Shown piece by piece: positions 1 to 10,210 of a stretch of 64,000 bases of DNA. The notes under the pieces are model-generated. The model had not been told where the DNA came from and ran no database searches. It saw only the letters and a list, made by a program, of their open reading frames with translations. The DNA is taken from positions 2,872 through 66,871 of the forward strand of contig JBKQOR010000125.1 of the NCBI GenBank assembly GCA_052145435.1, given 5' to 3'. How positions within the stretch are numbered: the stretch's first letter is position 1; every line of letters starts with the position of its first letter. The DNA comes from Rhodomicrobium sp. (lineage in GTDB: Bacteria > Pseudomonadota > Alphaproteobacteria > Rhizobiales > Rhodomicrobiaceae). A program made the position numbers and the translations under genes.

Positions 1-952
1 TCAAAGGGGTAGTAGCAATGCGGCTCCGAACTAGCGGCAGAGGCGAGTCGTCATGTTTCTCATAAGACTTCAAGAAGTCTGGAGGAATAAGTTGCAATTC
101 CAGGTCCGCATAGCCCAAATATGGCATTGTAAAATAAACGGCGTAATCGCGCCCGCCAACTAGCGCGGCCTCTGCGGCCGTCTCCCGTGACGGGGTCATG
201 CTCTCGCCGAGCACGGAAGCACACCCCCACTCGCCGCAATACCGCGCTTTGAGGTCTTCATTTTCTACCAGCGAGGGGTAGTCGCGTTGCAGGATTGTCT
301 TAAATTCACCCCCTGCTTCCGCCTGCATCACGAAGCGGCGCCCGATATACTGAACCACCAAGTCGTGCTGCCGAGGCGACAACGCTATGGGTGCGAACCT
401 TACTGTGGTTGCGTGGCCGCTTTTTGATCGAAAGTAGGCCGAGAAATCCATCGATTTACAAAAAGCGGCACCGGAGTCTGCAAGCATCAGCAGTGCGCTG
501 CGTCCGAGGTCTACTGAGGAGTCACTGTGACCGCGTATGAATTTTAGAAAAGCGTCGGGGTTGCTGAGGCCTGAAATCCCCCCGATGGCTTCCTGCGCCG
601 TTGGCGTCCGCCCGCCCAGATATGGCGTCACCATGTCAGACCCGGCATCTATATAACTAATTATATGGAACACTGGAAATGATTTGCCGGGATCCTGGAA
701 CTGCGGAACATCTTCTAGTTCCAGCCATGGCATGGCTATCAGCTTTCGTATTGAATCTCCGAGACAGACTCCTTCGAGGCATTGCTCTTTCTCGGGTGCA
801 CGACCAACGACCGGTACAGGTCCCGATGTAGACGTTGTCTTCCGATCATGCGCCAGCCTTTGAACTTCTGCGATCTGAGCGGCGCTCACAGGCGTAGCGA
901 AGCTCAACATTAGAATGATGCCGACGAAGATTACGGAGAATGCGCCTGTCAT
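1..952 (-). CDS. Secreted hypothetical protein, 3' end beyond the window edge (not in the ORF track)
   Basis: Hand translation from ATG at 952 stays open to base 1 (317 codons): MTGAFSVIFVGIILMLSFATPVSAAQ..., a signal-peptide-like N-terminus ending in VSA-A. No family recognised. Confidence 0.7.
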   Translation of the reverse strand, partial: MTGAFSVIFVGIILMLSFATPVSAAQIAEVQRLAHDRKTTSTSGPVPVVGRAPEKEQCLEGVCLGDSIRKLIAMPWLELEDVPQFQDPGKSFPVFHIISYIDAGSDMVTPYLGGRTPTAQEAIGGISGLSNPDAFLKFIRGHSDSSVDLGRSALLMLADSGAAFCKSMDFSAYFRSKSGHATTVRFAPIALSPRQHDLVVQYIGRRFVMQAEAGGEFKTILQRDYPSLVENEDLKARYCGEWGCASVLGESMTPSRETAAEAALVGGRDYAVYFTMPYLGYADLELQLIPPDFLKSYEKHDDSPLPLVRSRIATTPL

Positions 953-1149
953 GCGTCGATGTCACCTTCGTAAAAATTCGTTGTTCAATCGCTTTCCGGC
1001 TTGGGCATAGCACTTTCCAGAACAGGACGAAACGGGGGAAGCGAGCGGCGCCGTATCAAGGCGCGCGCAATTTACACCCGGAACAAATTTTCGTATCCGG
1101 CGCAGTTTTGTCCTCGCCGGAATGCGCTATATTGGGCGGGGAGGCTCTT

Positions 1150-1425
1150 ATGGATCTCGTGATACACGATCTGCCAGCCAAGCTGCTGGAAAAGCTGGAA
1201 AAAAAAGCCAAAGCATCCGGCCGCACGGTCGAACCGGAAGCCGCTGTTATCATCACTGCTTCATTGGCTCAATGTGAAGACGAAGCCGATCCGGCCGAGG
1301 CATTCCTGAAAGTGGTTGACGGCCTGTACGGAGAGAACCGCCCCAAAAACGTTGTGGACGAGTTCCTTGCCGAGCGGTGCAAGCTTTGGGGCGAAGAAGA
1401 CCGGTGCGATAGTCAGAGCCCATGA
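1150..1425 (+). CDS. FitA-like ribbon-helix-helix antitoxin / DNA-binding protein
   Basis: GGAGG before ATG 1150. MDLVIHDLPAKLLEKLEKKAKASGRTVEPEAAVII resembles the FitA/Arc pattern (beta strand, helix, GRS/TxExE). The stop overlaps a VapC-like start. Confidence 0.65.
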   Translation: MDLVIHDLPAKLLEKLEKKAKASGRTVEPEAAVIITASLAQCEDEADPAEAFLKVVDGLYGENRPKNVVDEFLAERCKLWGEEDRCDSQSP

Positions 1426-1520
1426 TCGTCCTCGACGCTTCGGCCTTTGGTCGGAGCGGACCTGCCCCAAAATTAGCCCTATGGGCGCATGTAGTTTGCC
1501 ATCCTCCCCCGCCGTGCTAA
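1422..1520 (+). pseudogene. Truncated VapC/PIN toxin remnant
   Basis: ATGA overlap with the antitoxin stop. Begins MIVLDASA, the typical PIN-domain N-terminus, then unrelated sequence and a stop after 32 aa. Confidence 0.5.
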
Positions 1521-1543
1521 GACGCGCCTAGAAGCGAGGCAGG

Positions 1544-2368
1544 ATGGACATCCTAAATAACCTATGGGCACTCTTTCCAGGCGCGAACGATGCGGCGAAG
1601 CTGCGGCTCTTCATTGAAGTGGTTGGCGGCGTGGGCCTCTTTTGGGTCCTCGCGCGTTGGCTCGGCTTGCACAAGCCTGACGCCGCCTCCCCCGGCACGC
1701 GCGCGGCCGCGGAGCCGGTCGACGTGCCGCAGCTCCTCCTGGAACTCCAGGCTCGGCTCGAAGCGCTGCTTGCGGCGATGCCTGGCGAGGCTGGCATCGG
1801 GCTTTTCGGCGCCTCCAGCGCAATCGTGAAAGATTTAACCGCCGCGGTGCAGCGCCTCGCCGGAACAGGCGATGAGGCAGCGCTCGTGAGCCTCGCAGGC
1901 GGAGAATGCGGCCCCGCCATGGCCGCGCTCGCAACAATACGCATGGCCTCTTTGCAGAGCGAGGCGGCGGCGGAAGCCGAGGAGGCGGCGCTGGCGCGCG
2001 AGCAGGGCGCCATTGCCCTTTTCGCCGATCCGGACGACGCATTACGCCTCTACGCGTCGGCGTGCGTGCTCGACCCGGATCATGCCGAGGGCTGGTACCG
2101 GCTGGGCGAATTGAAGCTGCACGCGGGCGACGCGTCAGGCGCCCGGCGCTGCTATGCCCAGGCTGTGTCGCTTGGCAACGCGGCCGCCGATCCGGAGGCC
2201 ATGGGCACCGCGCTCAGCTATCTCGGCCTGCTCTCGAAGCGCGAGGGCAACGGTGAGGAGGCCTGTGCGCTGTGGCGAGAGGCGCTCGATGTGTTCCGGG
2301 CGGGTGGCATGAAGGCGCAAATCGAGGAAGTGGAAGGGTGGATGCGCGAAGCAGGCTGCGCGGAGTAG
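1544..2368 (+). CDS. Membrane-anchored tetratricopeptide-repeat protein
   Basis: N-terminal hydrophobic segment. C-terminal TPR-like helices (ALRLYASACVLDPDHAEGWYRLGEL, ALSYLGLL...GNGEEACALWREAL). Confidence 0.7.
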   Translation: MDILNNLWALFPGANDAAKLRLFIEVVGGVGLFWVLARWLGLHKPDAASPGTRAAAEPVDVPQLLLELQARLEALLAAMPGEAGIGLFGASSAIVKDLTAAVQRLAGTGDEAALVSLAGGECGPAMAALATIRMASLQSEAAAEAEEAALAREQGAIALFADPDDALRLYASACVLDPDHAEGWYRLGELKLHAGDASGARRCYAQAVSLGNAAADPEAMGTALSYLGLLSKREGNGEEACALWREALDVFRAGGMKAQIEEVEGWMREAGCAE

Positions 2369-2764
2369 CTGCCTTCGCGCCCGCTATTTTCGTAGCGTCG
2401 GGCCATGGTTAACGCCCGAATGGTAAATCGGGCTGCATTTGAATATCTTCCCGCCGCAAAAATCGCGATTTTTTGCGATTTCACCCCGAAAAGTGGATTT
2501 CAAAAAGTCCGTTAAATATATTTCCACTTTAAAATTAACCACGTTGGGCGCCCTGCGCCAGGCCGCGGCGCAACACGGCCGCCGCTTTTCTCCAGTAATA
2601 TCATGCCGTTAGCGAGCTTAACACTTAAGCAAGGCGCTTTTTCCTAAGCTGGCGCCTTAAGAGAACGCGGCCGAAGCAGGCGGAGCACCTATGGTCAGTC
2701 ACGGAAATTGTAAACACGCGCTACCTCTCCCGGCTTCGAGGACGTGGCCTTGGAGCGCCTCTAT

Positions 2765-2868
2765 TGTCATCCCGGAAGCCGCGTTCGGCCATCCGGGATC
2801 TTGCCAAATATCGGAGCCGGGTATGCTGCAAGACCCCGGATAAGCGCGAGGCGCTTTCCGGGGGGACA
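2765..2868. repeat. REP-like palindromic element (TGTCATCCCGG...CCGGGGGGACA)
   Basis: Imperfect terminal inverted repeats with internal hairpins, lying between convergent genes. Confidence 0.6.
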
Positions 2869-2902
2869 ACAGAAGCCGCGAACTATCCGGCCGGATGCAG
2901 GA

Positions 2903-3688
2903 TCAGCCCGGCAAGGTTTGCGCGAAGGTGTTCGTCAGCGTGCCGATGCCCTCGATGGAAACCTCCACCGTATTTGCGGCCTCCTTCATCACGCCTGCGC
3001 CAAGCGACGTCCCGCAGGCGATCACGTCGCCGGGCATGAGCGTCACGTCCTTCGAAAGCAGGCTGACGAGCCGCGCTGGCGGGAAGAACATATCGCTTAA
3101 CGGATAATTCTGCCGCTCCGCGCCGTTCAACACGGTGCGCACGCTGAGCGTCACCGGATCGAGGCCGGTGGCAATCGCAGGCCCAAAGGCGCCGAACGTA
3201 TCGAAGCTCTTCGCCCTCGCCCACTGCGCGAACGAGGCGTCCTTGGTGAGAATATCGAGGGCGGTCACATCGTTCACGCAAGTATAGCCGAAAATATAGT
3301 CCGGCGCCTCGGCCTCGGAGACGTTGCTGCAGCGCTTGCCGATCACGATGCCGAGTTCGCCTTCGTAGATGATCCTGCCGCTGTAGGAGGCCGGCCGCTC
3401 GATGGCCTCGCCATGGGCCAAATGGGACGAGGGCGCTTTCAGAAACCAAAGCGGCTCGGCCGGCTCTGACAGGTTTTGCTTCTTGGCATTGGCGGCGAAA
3501 TTGTTCCAGAGGCAGATCATTTTGCTGGGCAAACAAGGTGTTAGCAATTTGACCCTGGCGAGATCGGCCCGCTCGCCGGTAGGCACCGCGTTTTCGAACA
3601 TATCGCCCTTGTGGACCGCGATGGTGCTGCCATCGAGCGTTCCGAAATAGCTCGCGCCGCCATGCTCAAACCGGACCCACTTCGCCAT
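2903..3688 (-). CDS. Fumarylacetoacetate hydrolase family protein (DUF2437-type N-terminus)
   Basis: MAKWVRFEHGG start with GGAG upstream. Motifs EGELGIVIG, GYTCVNDVT, RAKSFDTF, PGDVIACGT. Confidence 0.9.
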   Translation of the reverse strand: MAKWVRFEHGGASYFGTLDGSTIAVHKGDMFENAVPTGERADLARVKLLTPCLPSKMICLWNNFAANAKKQNLSEPAEPLWFLKAPSSHLAHGEAIERPASYSGRIIYEGELGIVIGKRCSNVSEAEAPDYIFGYTCVNDVTALDILTKDASFAQWARAKSFDTFGAFGPAIATGLDPVTLSVRTVLNGAERQNYPLSDMFFPPARLVSLLSKDVTLMPGDVIACGTSLGAGVMKEAANTVEVSIEGIGTLTNTFAQTLPG

Positions 3689-3768
3689 TCGCGTAACTCC
3701 TTTTCCGAGGGCCGCGCCGGGCCTGCGGCTCCACGATCCAAATCCGTTCCGAGGCCGCTCTCGATCTC

Positions 3769-4575
3769 TCACGCTCCCAGGGCACCGTTCCAATCTACTA
3801 AGCCGGTGCCGCTCCAATGGCCGAATGAGGTCAGATCCATCTTCGGCCTGGCCAGCCGGCGCCAAATCTCTATCATATTGAGGACGCGTATGTCGTCGAA
3901 CATTACGATGGGGTTTTTGGGCAGCTCCAATGAACTCACGGCGCCGATGAAATGCCGCTCCGTCACCCCATCCTTTGGGCCGTCGATGAATATGAAATCG
4001 GCATCGGCAAAAAGCTCGCGATAGGGCTCGATGCTGCCGGGGGCTCCGATATTTGCGATATGCTGCGCGATGCTCCCGCTGGCGAAATCGCCTTCGGTAA
4101 ACCAGGTTTTCTCGAATTTGTCCCAGGGGATAAGGTCGAATGTGGCGACGCTGCCGCCCGGAGGGAGCGCTGCCGCGATTGCAAGCGTTCCCATTCCGGT
4201 GGACGTGCCGATTTCAACGACCCTGGAAGCGCCCAGTTCGCGCACCAGCGCGGCCAGAAGCCGGTAGTGCTCCCCCGGCCAGACGCGATACCAGCGCGGC
4301 TCGCTCGACTCCCGGCGATCGAGCTCCGGAAACTCCAAGCTCCGGGCGCGGGAAGCGGCGGCGAGTGCGACATCCAAAAGGCGCGGTGTCGGGCGCCAAG
4401 CTTCGTCGTCCGCGCTCGCGATTATTGAGATTTCTTTGTGCCGGGCGGGCGTGCGCTGCAAAGCCCTCGTGTAGGACTGCAACTTCGAGACACTTTGAAG
4501 CAAGTATACCATGATCGCATTGCTCGATTGAAAGTGGAAGCCGTAAGCTATACCGTTCGATGTTTCTGCCGGCAA
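3769..4575 (-). CDS. Class I SAM-dependent (O-)methyltransferase; start uncertain (alternative ATG 4512)
   Basis: VVEIGTSTGMG SAM-binding motif, DFIFIDGPK and VMFDDI, as in Methyltransf_24-like enzymes. Confidence 0.8.
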   Translation of the reverse strand: MPAETSNGIAYGFHFQSSNAIMVYLLQSVSKLQSYTRALQRTPARHKEISIIASADDEAWRPTPRLLDVALAAASRARSLEFPELDRRESSEPRWYRVWPGEHYRLLAALVRELGASRVVEIGTSTGMGTLAIAAALPPGGSVATFDLIPWDKFEKTWFTEGDFASGSIAQHIANIGAPGSIEPYRELFADADFIFIDGPKDGVTERHFIGAVSSLELPKNPIVMFDDIRVLNMIEIWRRLARPKMDLTSFGHWSGTGLVDWNGALGA

Positions 4576-4605
4576 TAATTGCCCAGCCCGGCCACGCCCC
4601 GAGCC

Positions 4606-5400
4606 TCAAAGATACTGCACGTTTTTGAACGCCGCCGTCGCTATCCTGCCCGAGAGAACGTAAGCCGCTGTGTTTACCAGAGACACGAAAGGCCGTCTTA
4701 ACTCGCGCAACGCCCTTTGGCGCCCGGAAAGGCGCGACTTTCTTTTCCCGCTCTGAACGGTACTTTGCAATTCGGAAGATAGGGCGGACGCACCTTGAGC
4801 CTTTCTTTCCTGGATGCAAAGCGCAGGAACCATTTGATAAATCTTGCATAGATTTTCGCAGAGCAAGTCTTCAAACATAATATGATCGAGAGGCCGGCAA
4901 AATACCCGCGTTCGCTCAAGCAGCATAGCCGCGGCTTCCCGCGAAACGATATAGGCGCCAGTCCCAAGATGAGACGATAAAAGTGCTTGTAAGACACGCC
5001 CCTTGCAAGCGTATTTCTGGCGGCCGAGAAGAATTTTGCGCCGGCCTAAAGCTTCAATTTTCACGATGCCGGCATTGGCCGGCAACCAGTCCCGGGCGCC
5101 TACAAAAGCTGGAAATTCCGGGCTAAGGATTACGTCGTCCTCGAGAACGCAACAGTGCGAGGCCCCGCTCTCGATCAGCCGCTGCCAGACTTCCCGATGG
5201 CTCAATCCCACGGCCCGCTCGTATCGCGTCAGCTCCTCGGGGCGCCGCGGTACTTCGCCCGCGCGCCGCTCCAGACCTTCGAGACCGCGGCCCTCGACCG
5301 CCGGCACACGCTCAAAAGCAACGCCGCCGAGCTGCTGCGCCATGCGCTCCATGCGCGCAGGCTGCCGGTCGAGATTGATCACGTAAGTCAGCATGCGCAC
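4606..5400 (-). CDS. Glycosyltransferase family 25 (LPS biosynthesis)
   Basis: YVINLDRQPARMERM, FERVPAVEG, GLSHREVW, VLEDDV, GTGAYIVS. Confidence 0.9.
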   Translation of the reverse strand: MRMLTYVINLDRQPARMERMAQQLGGVAFERVPAVEGRGLEGLERRAGEVPRRPEELTRYERAVGLSHREVWQRLIESGASHCCVLEDDVILSPEFPAFVGARDWLPANAGIVKIEALGRRKILLGRQKYACKGRVLQALLSSHLGTGAYIVSREAAAMLLERTRVFCRPLDHIMFEDLLCENLCKIYQMVPALCIQERKAQGASALSSELQSTVQSGKRKSRLSGRQRALRELRRPFVSLVNTAAYVLSGRIATAAFKNVQYL

Positions 5401-5478
5401 CCTTTTTTGCGAACGCCCGGACTATTATCGGCGGTCCGGCGCCTGTCAATCCGGGCGATCGTCTCACCTGGCTTCACT

Positions 5479-6459
5479 TTACCAAACATGGCCCTTTTGC
5501 AATTCCCAACGCCAAGCATCCTCGATGATAGTCCCGAGGTCCGCACGGGCCGGCTGCCAGCCAAGTGCGCGCTGTATTTCGCCGGCGTCCGCAACGAGGA
5601 CTGCAGGGTCCCCCGCGCGCCGTTCCGCATCTTTTATGGCGATCGGCCTTCCCGTCACCTGCCGGGCGGCTGCGATCACCTCGCTGACGCTGAACCCTTG
5701 CGAGTTCCCTAAATTGAAAAAACCGCCCTTATGGCCGCCTCTAAGCGCGCGCAGTGCCAAGAGATGCGCCTCGCACAAATCCTCGACGTGCACGTAATCG
5801 CGTATGCAGGTCCCATCGGGCGTGGGATAATCCCGGCCGAACACCGTTATGGCGTCGCGGCGGCCCGAGGCTGCTTGTAGCACGAGCGGAATAAGATGTG
5901 TCTCCGGGCTATGCCGTTCGCCGATCCTTGCCTGCGGGTCGGCGCCGGAAGCATTGAAATAGCGCATGGAAAGGAAGTTCAGCCCGTGCGCCGCGCTCAA
6001 ATCTTCCAGCGCCTCCTCTATCATCCGCTTGGTCCTGCCATAAGGGTTGATGGGCGCACAAGGATGATCTTCTTCGATCGGGCCGCAGCCCGTATTGCCG
6101 TAAACCGCTGCGGAAGAGGAGAAGACAAAGTTTGGCACACCGCACTCTATCATCGTATTCAGGAGCCGCAGGGTGTTCGCAACGTTGTTGATGTAATATT
6201 TTGCCGGGGCAGCGATGGACTCGCCCACCTGGATGAACGATGCGAAGTGCATAACTGCATCGATTCGGTGCTTCTCCAATACCTCGCGTATAAGCTCGTC
6301 AGAGGCAAAGTCCCCTAAAACGAACTCACCGCCTATAACAGCGTCGCGGAAACCGGTGGATAGGTTATCGATAGCGACAACCCCCTCGCCTTCCTCAAGA
6401 AGGCGCCTAACCATATGCGAGCCAATATAGCCAGCCCCACCGACTACAAGAACAGCCAT
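5479..6459 (-). CDS. galE: UDP-glucose 4-epimerase
   Basis: GGAGYIGSH, FSSSAAVYG, YGRTK (YxxxK), TPDGTCIRDYVHV. Confidence 0.95.
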   Translation of the reverse strand: MAVLVVGGAGYIGSHMVRRLLEEGEGVVAIDNLSTGFRDAVIGGEFVLGDFASDELIREVLEKHRIDAVMHFASFIQVGESIAAPAKYYINNVANTLRLLNTMIECGVPNFVFSSSAAVYGNTGCGPIEEDHPCAPINPYGRTKRMIEEALEDLSAAHGLNFLSMRYFNASGADPQARIGERHSPETHLIPLVLQAASGRRDAITVFGRDYPTPDGTCIRDYVHVEDLCEAHLLALRALRGGHKGGFFNLGNSQGFSVSEVIAAARQVTGRPIAIKDAERRAGDPAVLVADAGEIQRALGWQPARADLGTIIEDAWRWELQKGHVW

Positions 6460-6858
6460 AACCGAGCCTTATCCGTCCAAAACGCAGCCTTACCCGCAAC
6501 CCCATCCGATATTGAATATGGCAAGGCAGCTGCAGGGCTGACCGGGAAACTTAACCTCGCAGACGGCCATCATCCAAGGACTACAATGAGAGGCAGCGAA
6601 CGCCGCGTCAACTTTTCGAAACATTCGAGCGCGATGGAGTTTCGAAAGTTCTTTTGCGAAGGAACGGTTGACAGCAAGAATAGACGCCACTGCATGCTTT
6701 GCGGATATTTCGTCCTTCCGGCATTGTCATCTGTGCCGTCCAACTACTTACTGTTACCCGTTTCCCAGAAAAGATATCAGGCGCCAGGACGGCGTCCCCT
6801 GGTTGACGCTACGGATAAACACCCCTATCAAGGCGTGACTTTGCCGGAGCGCATAGAC

Positions 6859-7632
6859 ATGAATCGCATCGTTGCGATGTATTGGGACAACATCGACCGG
6901 CGGGTGGTTGACGCCCAGCGGCGCGTGTTCGAGCATTTCGGCTACGCGATCGACCAGCAAGAGCGTACCGGAGCCAGCCACGGGGCCTTCCTCGACGACT
7001 ATATGGCACGGCTCGGCGAGGACGATGTGGCCTTGCTCATGGATATCGATTGCTTCCCCCTGAATCGCGAGATCGTCGATGAGGCTTTCGCCGCCGCCCG
7101 CGATGGGCGCATTTTCGGTTGCGCGCAGTCGAGCAATCACATCGACCCGGACCGTTTGTTCGCCGCACCGATGTTCATGGCCATATCGCGCCGGACATGG
7201 CACAGCCTCGGCCGCCCGAGCTTTTGCACCGACAGCCAAAATGACGTCGCCCAGAGGCTGAACGACATCGCCGCGGCGGCCGGAGTCCCCATCGACATGC
7301 TTTTCCCTTGGGCCTGCATCGTACCCAAGTGGCGCCTCGGCGACATCGCTCTATACGGCATCGGCACCTTCTACAAAGGCGGCGTATTTCATCTGTTCGA
7401 GGCGCGCCGCACGCCCTATTCCTTCATTCTGTACGATGTGGCGGACGCGGTTTTGAACGGCCGCGAAATCGATCATCTCGCGTTGGTGCGCAAGGCGCTT
7501 CCCCTATACAAGCACGAACGCTGGGCTCGCCGCTTGACCCGGTGGCGCAAGGCGACTTGGTTCCATCGCATGTTAAAGCGGCTGCGCGGCGTGTCCCCCT
7601 ATGCCGAGCCCATTCCCCCGATTCGCGGCTAA
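6859..7632 (+). CDS. Putative GT-A-fold glycosyltransferase-like protein
   Basis: MNRIVAMYWDN start. DxD motif LLMDIDCFPL. Directly upstream of rfbC. Confidence 0.55.
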   Translation: MNRIVAMYWDNIDRRVVDAQRRVFEHFGYAIDQQERTGASHGAFLDDYMARLGEDDVALLMDIDCFPLNREIVDEAFAAARDGRIFGCAQSSNHIDPDRLFAAPMFMAISRRTWHSLGRPSFCTDSQNDVAQRLNDIAAAAGVPIDMLFPWACIVPKWRLGDIALYGIGTFYKGGVFHLFEARRTPYSFILYDVADAVLNGREIDHLALVRKALPLYKHERWARRLTRWRKATWFHRMLKRLRGVSPYAEPIPPIRG

Positions 7633-7662
7633 CGGACGTCAATCGCCGCAGGAGCGCACGTC

Positions 7663-8253
7663 ATGGAAAATTCGCGGGTGCTTTTCATCCGCCCCCGCCG
7701 CTTCCAGGACGATCGCGGCTGGTTCTCGGAGAGCTATAGCGAGCGCAGCTTCGCCTCGCTTGGGCTCACCGCACGCTTCGTGCAAGACAATCATTCGCTC
7801 TCCCGGCCATTTCACACCGTTCGCGGGTTGCATTTTCAGCGCCCGCCGCATGCGCAGGCAAAGCTGGTGCGGTGCATGCGCGGGCGGATCTTTGACGTCA
7901 TCGTAGACATCAGGCGAAGCTCGCCCACCTATGGCCGCTGGCTATCGGTTGAGCTTTCGGCAGAAGGCGGCGAGCAACTGTTTGTGCCCGAAGGCTTCCT
8001 GCACGGGTTTCTCACGCTCTCGGCCGATACCGAGGTGATCTACAAAGTTACGGATTTCTACAGCCGCGATTGCGATGCGGGCGTGCGCTGGGACGACAAA
8101 TCCTTGGGCATAGGCTGGCCGCTTCCCGGCGGCGCCACGCCCGCGCTGTCACCCAAGGACGCCGCACTTCCCGCATTTGCCAGCCTCGACAGCCCCTTCT
8201 CCTTTGGGCCTGGCGACGCCCCGCTGGCTCCCCTGAAGGAGCTGGTCCCATGA
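7663..8253 (+). CDS. rfbC: dTDP-4-dehydrorhamnose 3,5-epimerase
   Basis: [34 protein letters not shown]. Confidence 0.95.
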   Translation: MENSRVLFIRPRRFQDDRGWFSESYSERSFASLGLTARFVQDNHSLSRPFHTVRGLHFQRPPHAQAKLVRCMRGRIFDVIVDIRRSSPTYGRWLSVELSAEGGEQLFVPEGFLHGFLTLSADTEVIYKVTDFYSRDCDAGVRWDDKSLGIGWPLPGGATPALSPKDAALPAFASLDSPFSFGPGDAPLAPLKELVP

Positions 8254-9314
8254 GGATTATCGTCACGGGAGGCGCGGGCTTCATCGGCTCGGCCCTCATC
8301 AGGCATCTGATCGCCGGAAGCCAGCACGAGGTCCTTAATCTCGACAAGCTCACCTATGCGGGCTCGCTCACTTCGCTCGAGGCTATCGCGCAAAATCCGC
8401 GCTACCGTTTTGCGCGGGGCGACATCTGCGACGCCGCACTCGTCGCGAAGACCTTCGCCGGGTTCGATCCCGACGGCATCGTCCATCTCGCCGCTGAAAG
8501 CCATGTCGACCGCTCCATCGATGGGCCGGGCGCTTTTATTCAGACCAACATCAACGGCACATTCACTCTGCTGCAGGCTGCGCGCGAGCATTTCGCGCGG
8601 CTTTCGCCCGAGCGGCGGTCCCGGTTCCGCTTCCATCATGTGTCCACCGATGAGGTCTATGGCTCGCTCGGCGCCTCAGGCAAATTTTCCGAATCCACGC
8701 CCTACGATCCCCGCTCGCCCTATTCCGCGTCCAAGGCGGCATCCGATCATCTCGTCTCCGCGTGGGGGCATACTTTCGGGTTGCCGGTGCTTCTCAGCAA
8801 CTGCTCGAATAACTATGGCCCCTATCAATTTCCAGAGAAACTCATTCCGCTTTGCATTATCAAGGCGCTGGCTGGCGAGCCGCTGCCCGTCTACGGCAAA
8901 GGCGAGAATGTCCGCGACTGGCTCTATGTCGAGGATCACGCGAGCGCTCTTAGAACCGTTTTCGAGCACGGCCGGCCTGGCGAGACCTACAACATCGGCG
9001 GCGATGCCGAGCGCCGTAACATCGATGTGGTAAGTGCGCTTTGCGCCGTGCTCGACCGGTTGCGCCCGCGCCCCGGCGGGCTATCGTACCGCGATCTCAT
9101 AAATTTCGTGGCCGACAGGCCTGGGCACGACGCGCGCTACGCCATCGACGCCACGAAAATCCGCGAAGAGCTGGGCTGGGCGCCGCTTCAAAGTTTCGAG
9201 GCCGGGATCGAGGCTACGGCGATTTGGTATTTGAATAATTCTGGCTGGTGGCGGGAGGTCCAAGCGCGGAGCTATCGCGGCGAGCGCCTCGGGCTGAAGC
9301 TGGCAAGGCCATGA
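8250..9314 (+). CDS. rfbB: dTDP-glucose 4,6-dehydratase
   Basis: [40 protein letters not shown] overlap with rfbC. Confidence 0.97.
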   Translation: MRIIVTGGAGFIGSALIRHLIAGSQHEVLNLDKLTYAGSLTSLEAIAQNPRYRFARGDICDAALVAKTFAGFDPDGIVHLAAESHVDRSIDGPGAFIQTNINGTFTLLQAAREHFARLSPERRSRFRFHHVSTDEVYGSLGASGKFSESTPYDPRSPYSASKAASDHLVSAWGHTFGLPVLLSNCSNNYGPYQFPEKLIPLCIIKALAGEPLPVYGKGENVRDWLYVEDHASALRTVFEHGRPGETYNIGGDAERRNIDVVSALCAVLDRLRPRPGGLSYRDLINFVADRPGHDARYAIDATKIREELGWAPLQSFEAGIEATAIWYLNNSGWWREVQARSYRGERLGLKLARP

Positions 9315-10210
9315 GCGGCGGGGAAATCCTGATTACCGGCGGCAGCGGACAGGCGGGCATCGAATTGTGCCGCCTTCCCTGGCCGGAAAACTTGCGGTTA
9401 TGGGTTCCGGGGCACAGCGAGCTGGATTTGTCGAACCCCGCCAGCGTGAAAAAAGCGCTCGATGGCCGCGTGCTTGCGGCAATCGTCAACGCGGGCGCTT
9501 ACACCGCTGTGGATAGAGCGGAAAGCGAACCCGTCGTGGCATTCGCGGTGAACGCGCTTGGACCCGCGGCTCTGGCGGAGGCAGCCCGGCGCATGGGCGC
9601 TCCGCTCGTTCATATCTCGACCGATTACGTCTTCGACGGCCGCAAGGATGGGCTTTATGTAGAGGACGACAAGGTGGCCCCGCTCGGCGTATATGGCGCA
9701 AGCAAGGAGGCTGGCGAGCAAGCTGTCCGCACCATCCACCACCGCTCCGCGATCGTTCGCACAGCTTGGCTCGTGAGCCCTCACCACAACAATTTTCTAA
9801 AGACGATGCTTCGCCTCGCCAGCGAGCGCCCGGCGCTCAGGGTGGTCGCCGATCAAATAGGCTGCCCGACCGTGGCCTTAGACCTGGCGCGTGCGCTGCA
9901 AATCATCGTGCTGCGTCTCATCTGCGATCCTAACGCCCCCGTGGGCACGTTCCACTTTGTGAATGCGGGCGAGACCACTTGGCACGGTCTTGCCACGGCG
10001 GTGCTCGCCCGGGGCGCGCAACAGGGCCACCCTGTCCCGCCCGTCGAGGCTATCTCTACAGCGCAATACCCAACGCCGGCACCGCGTCCGGCGAATTCGC
10101 GCCTGTCGGTGGCGAAACTGACGAAGGCTTACGGCATTGTGCCGCGCCCCTGGCCCGAGGCTGTGGCGGAAGCGGCGGACGCATTATTAGAAGGCAGGAG
10201 TTCCTCATGA
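9311..10210 (+). CDS. rfbD: dTDP-4-dehydrorhamnose reductase
   Basis: GGSGQAG, AAYT-like [36 protein letters not shown]. Confidence 0.95.
   Translation: MSGGEILITGGSGQAGIELCRLPWPENLRLWVPGHSELDLSNPASVKKALDGRVLAAIVNAGAYTAVDRAESEPVVAFAVNALGPAALAEAARRMGAPLVHISTDYVFDGRKDGLYVEDDKVAPLGVYGASKEAGEQAVRTIHHRSAIVRTAWLVSPHHNNFLKTMLRLASERPALRVVADQIGCPTVALDLARALQIIVLRLICDPNAPVGTFHFVNAGETTWHGLATAVLARGAQQGHPVPPVEAISTAQYPTPAPRPANSRLSVAKLTKAYGIVPRPWPEAVAEAADALLEGRSSS

Noticed and set aside
940-1149. Longer 161-aa version of the antitoxin ORF
   Set aside because: It overlaps the start of the divergent gene at 952 and spans the promoter; the RBS and homology begin at 1150.
2401-2660. Full CtrA site TTAA-N7-TTAA
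   Set aside because: Several TTAA half-sites are present but none at the N7 spacing, so only half-sites are reported.
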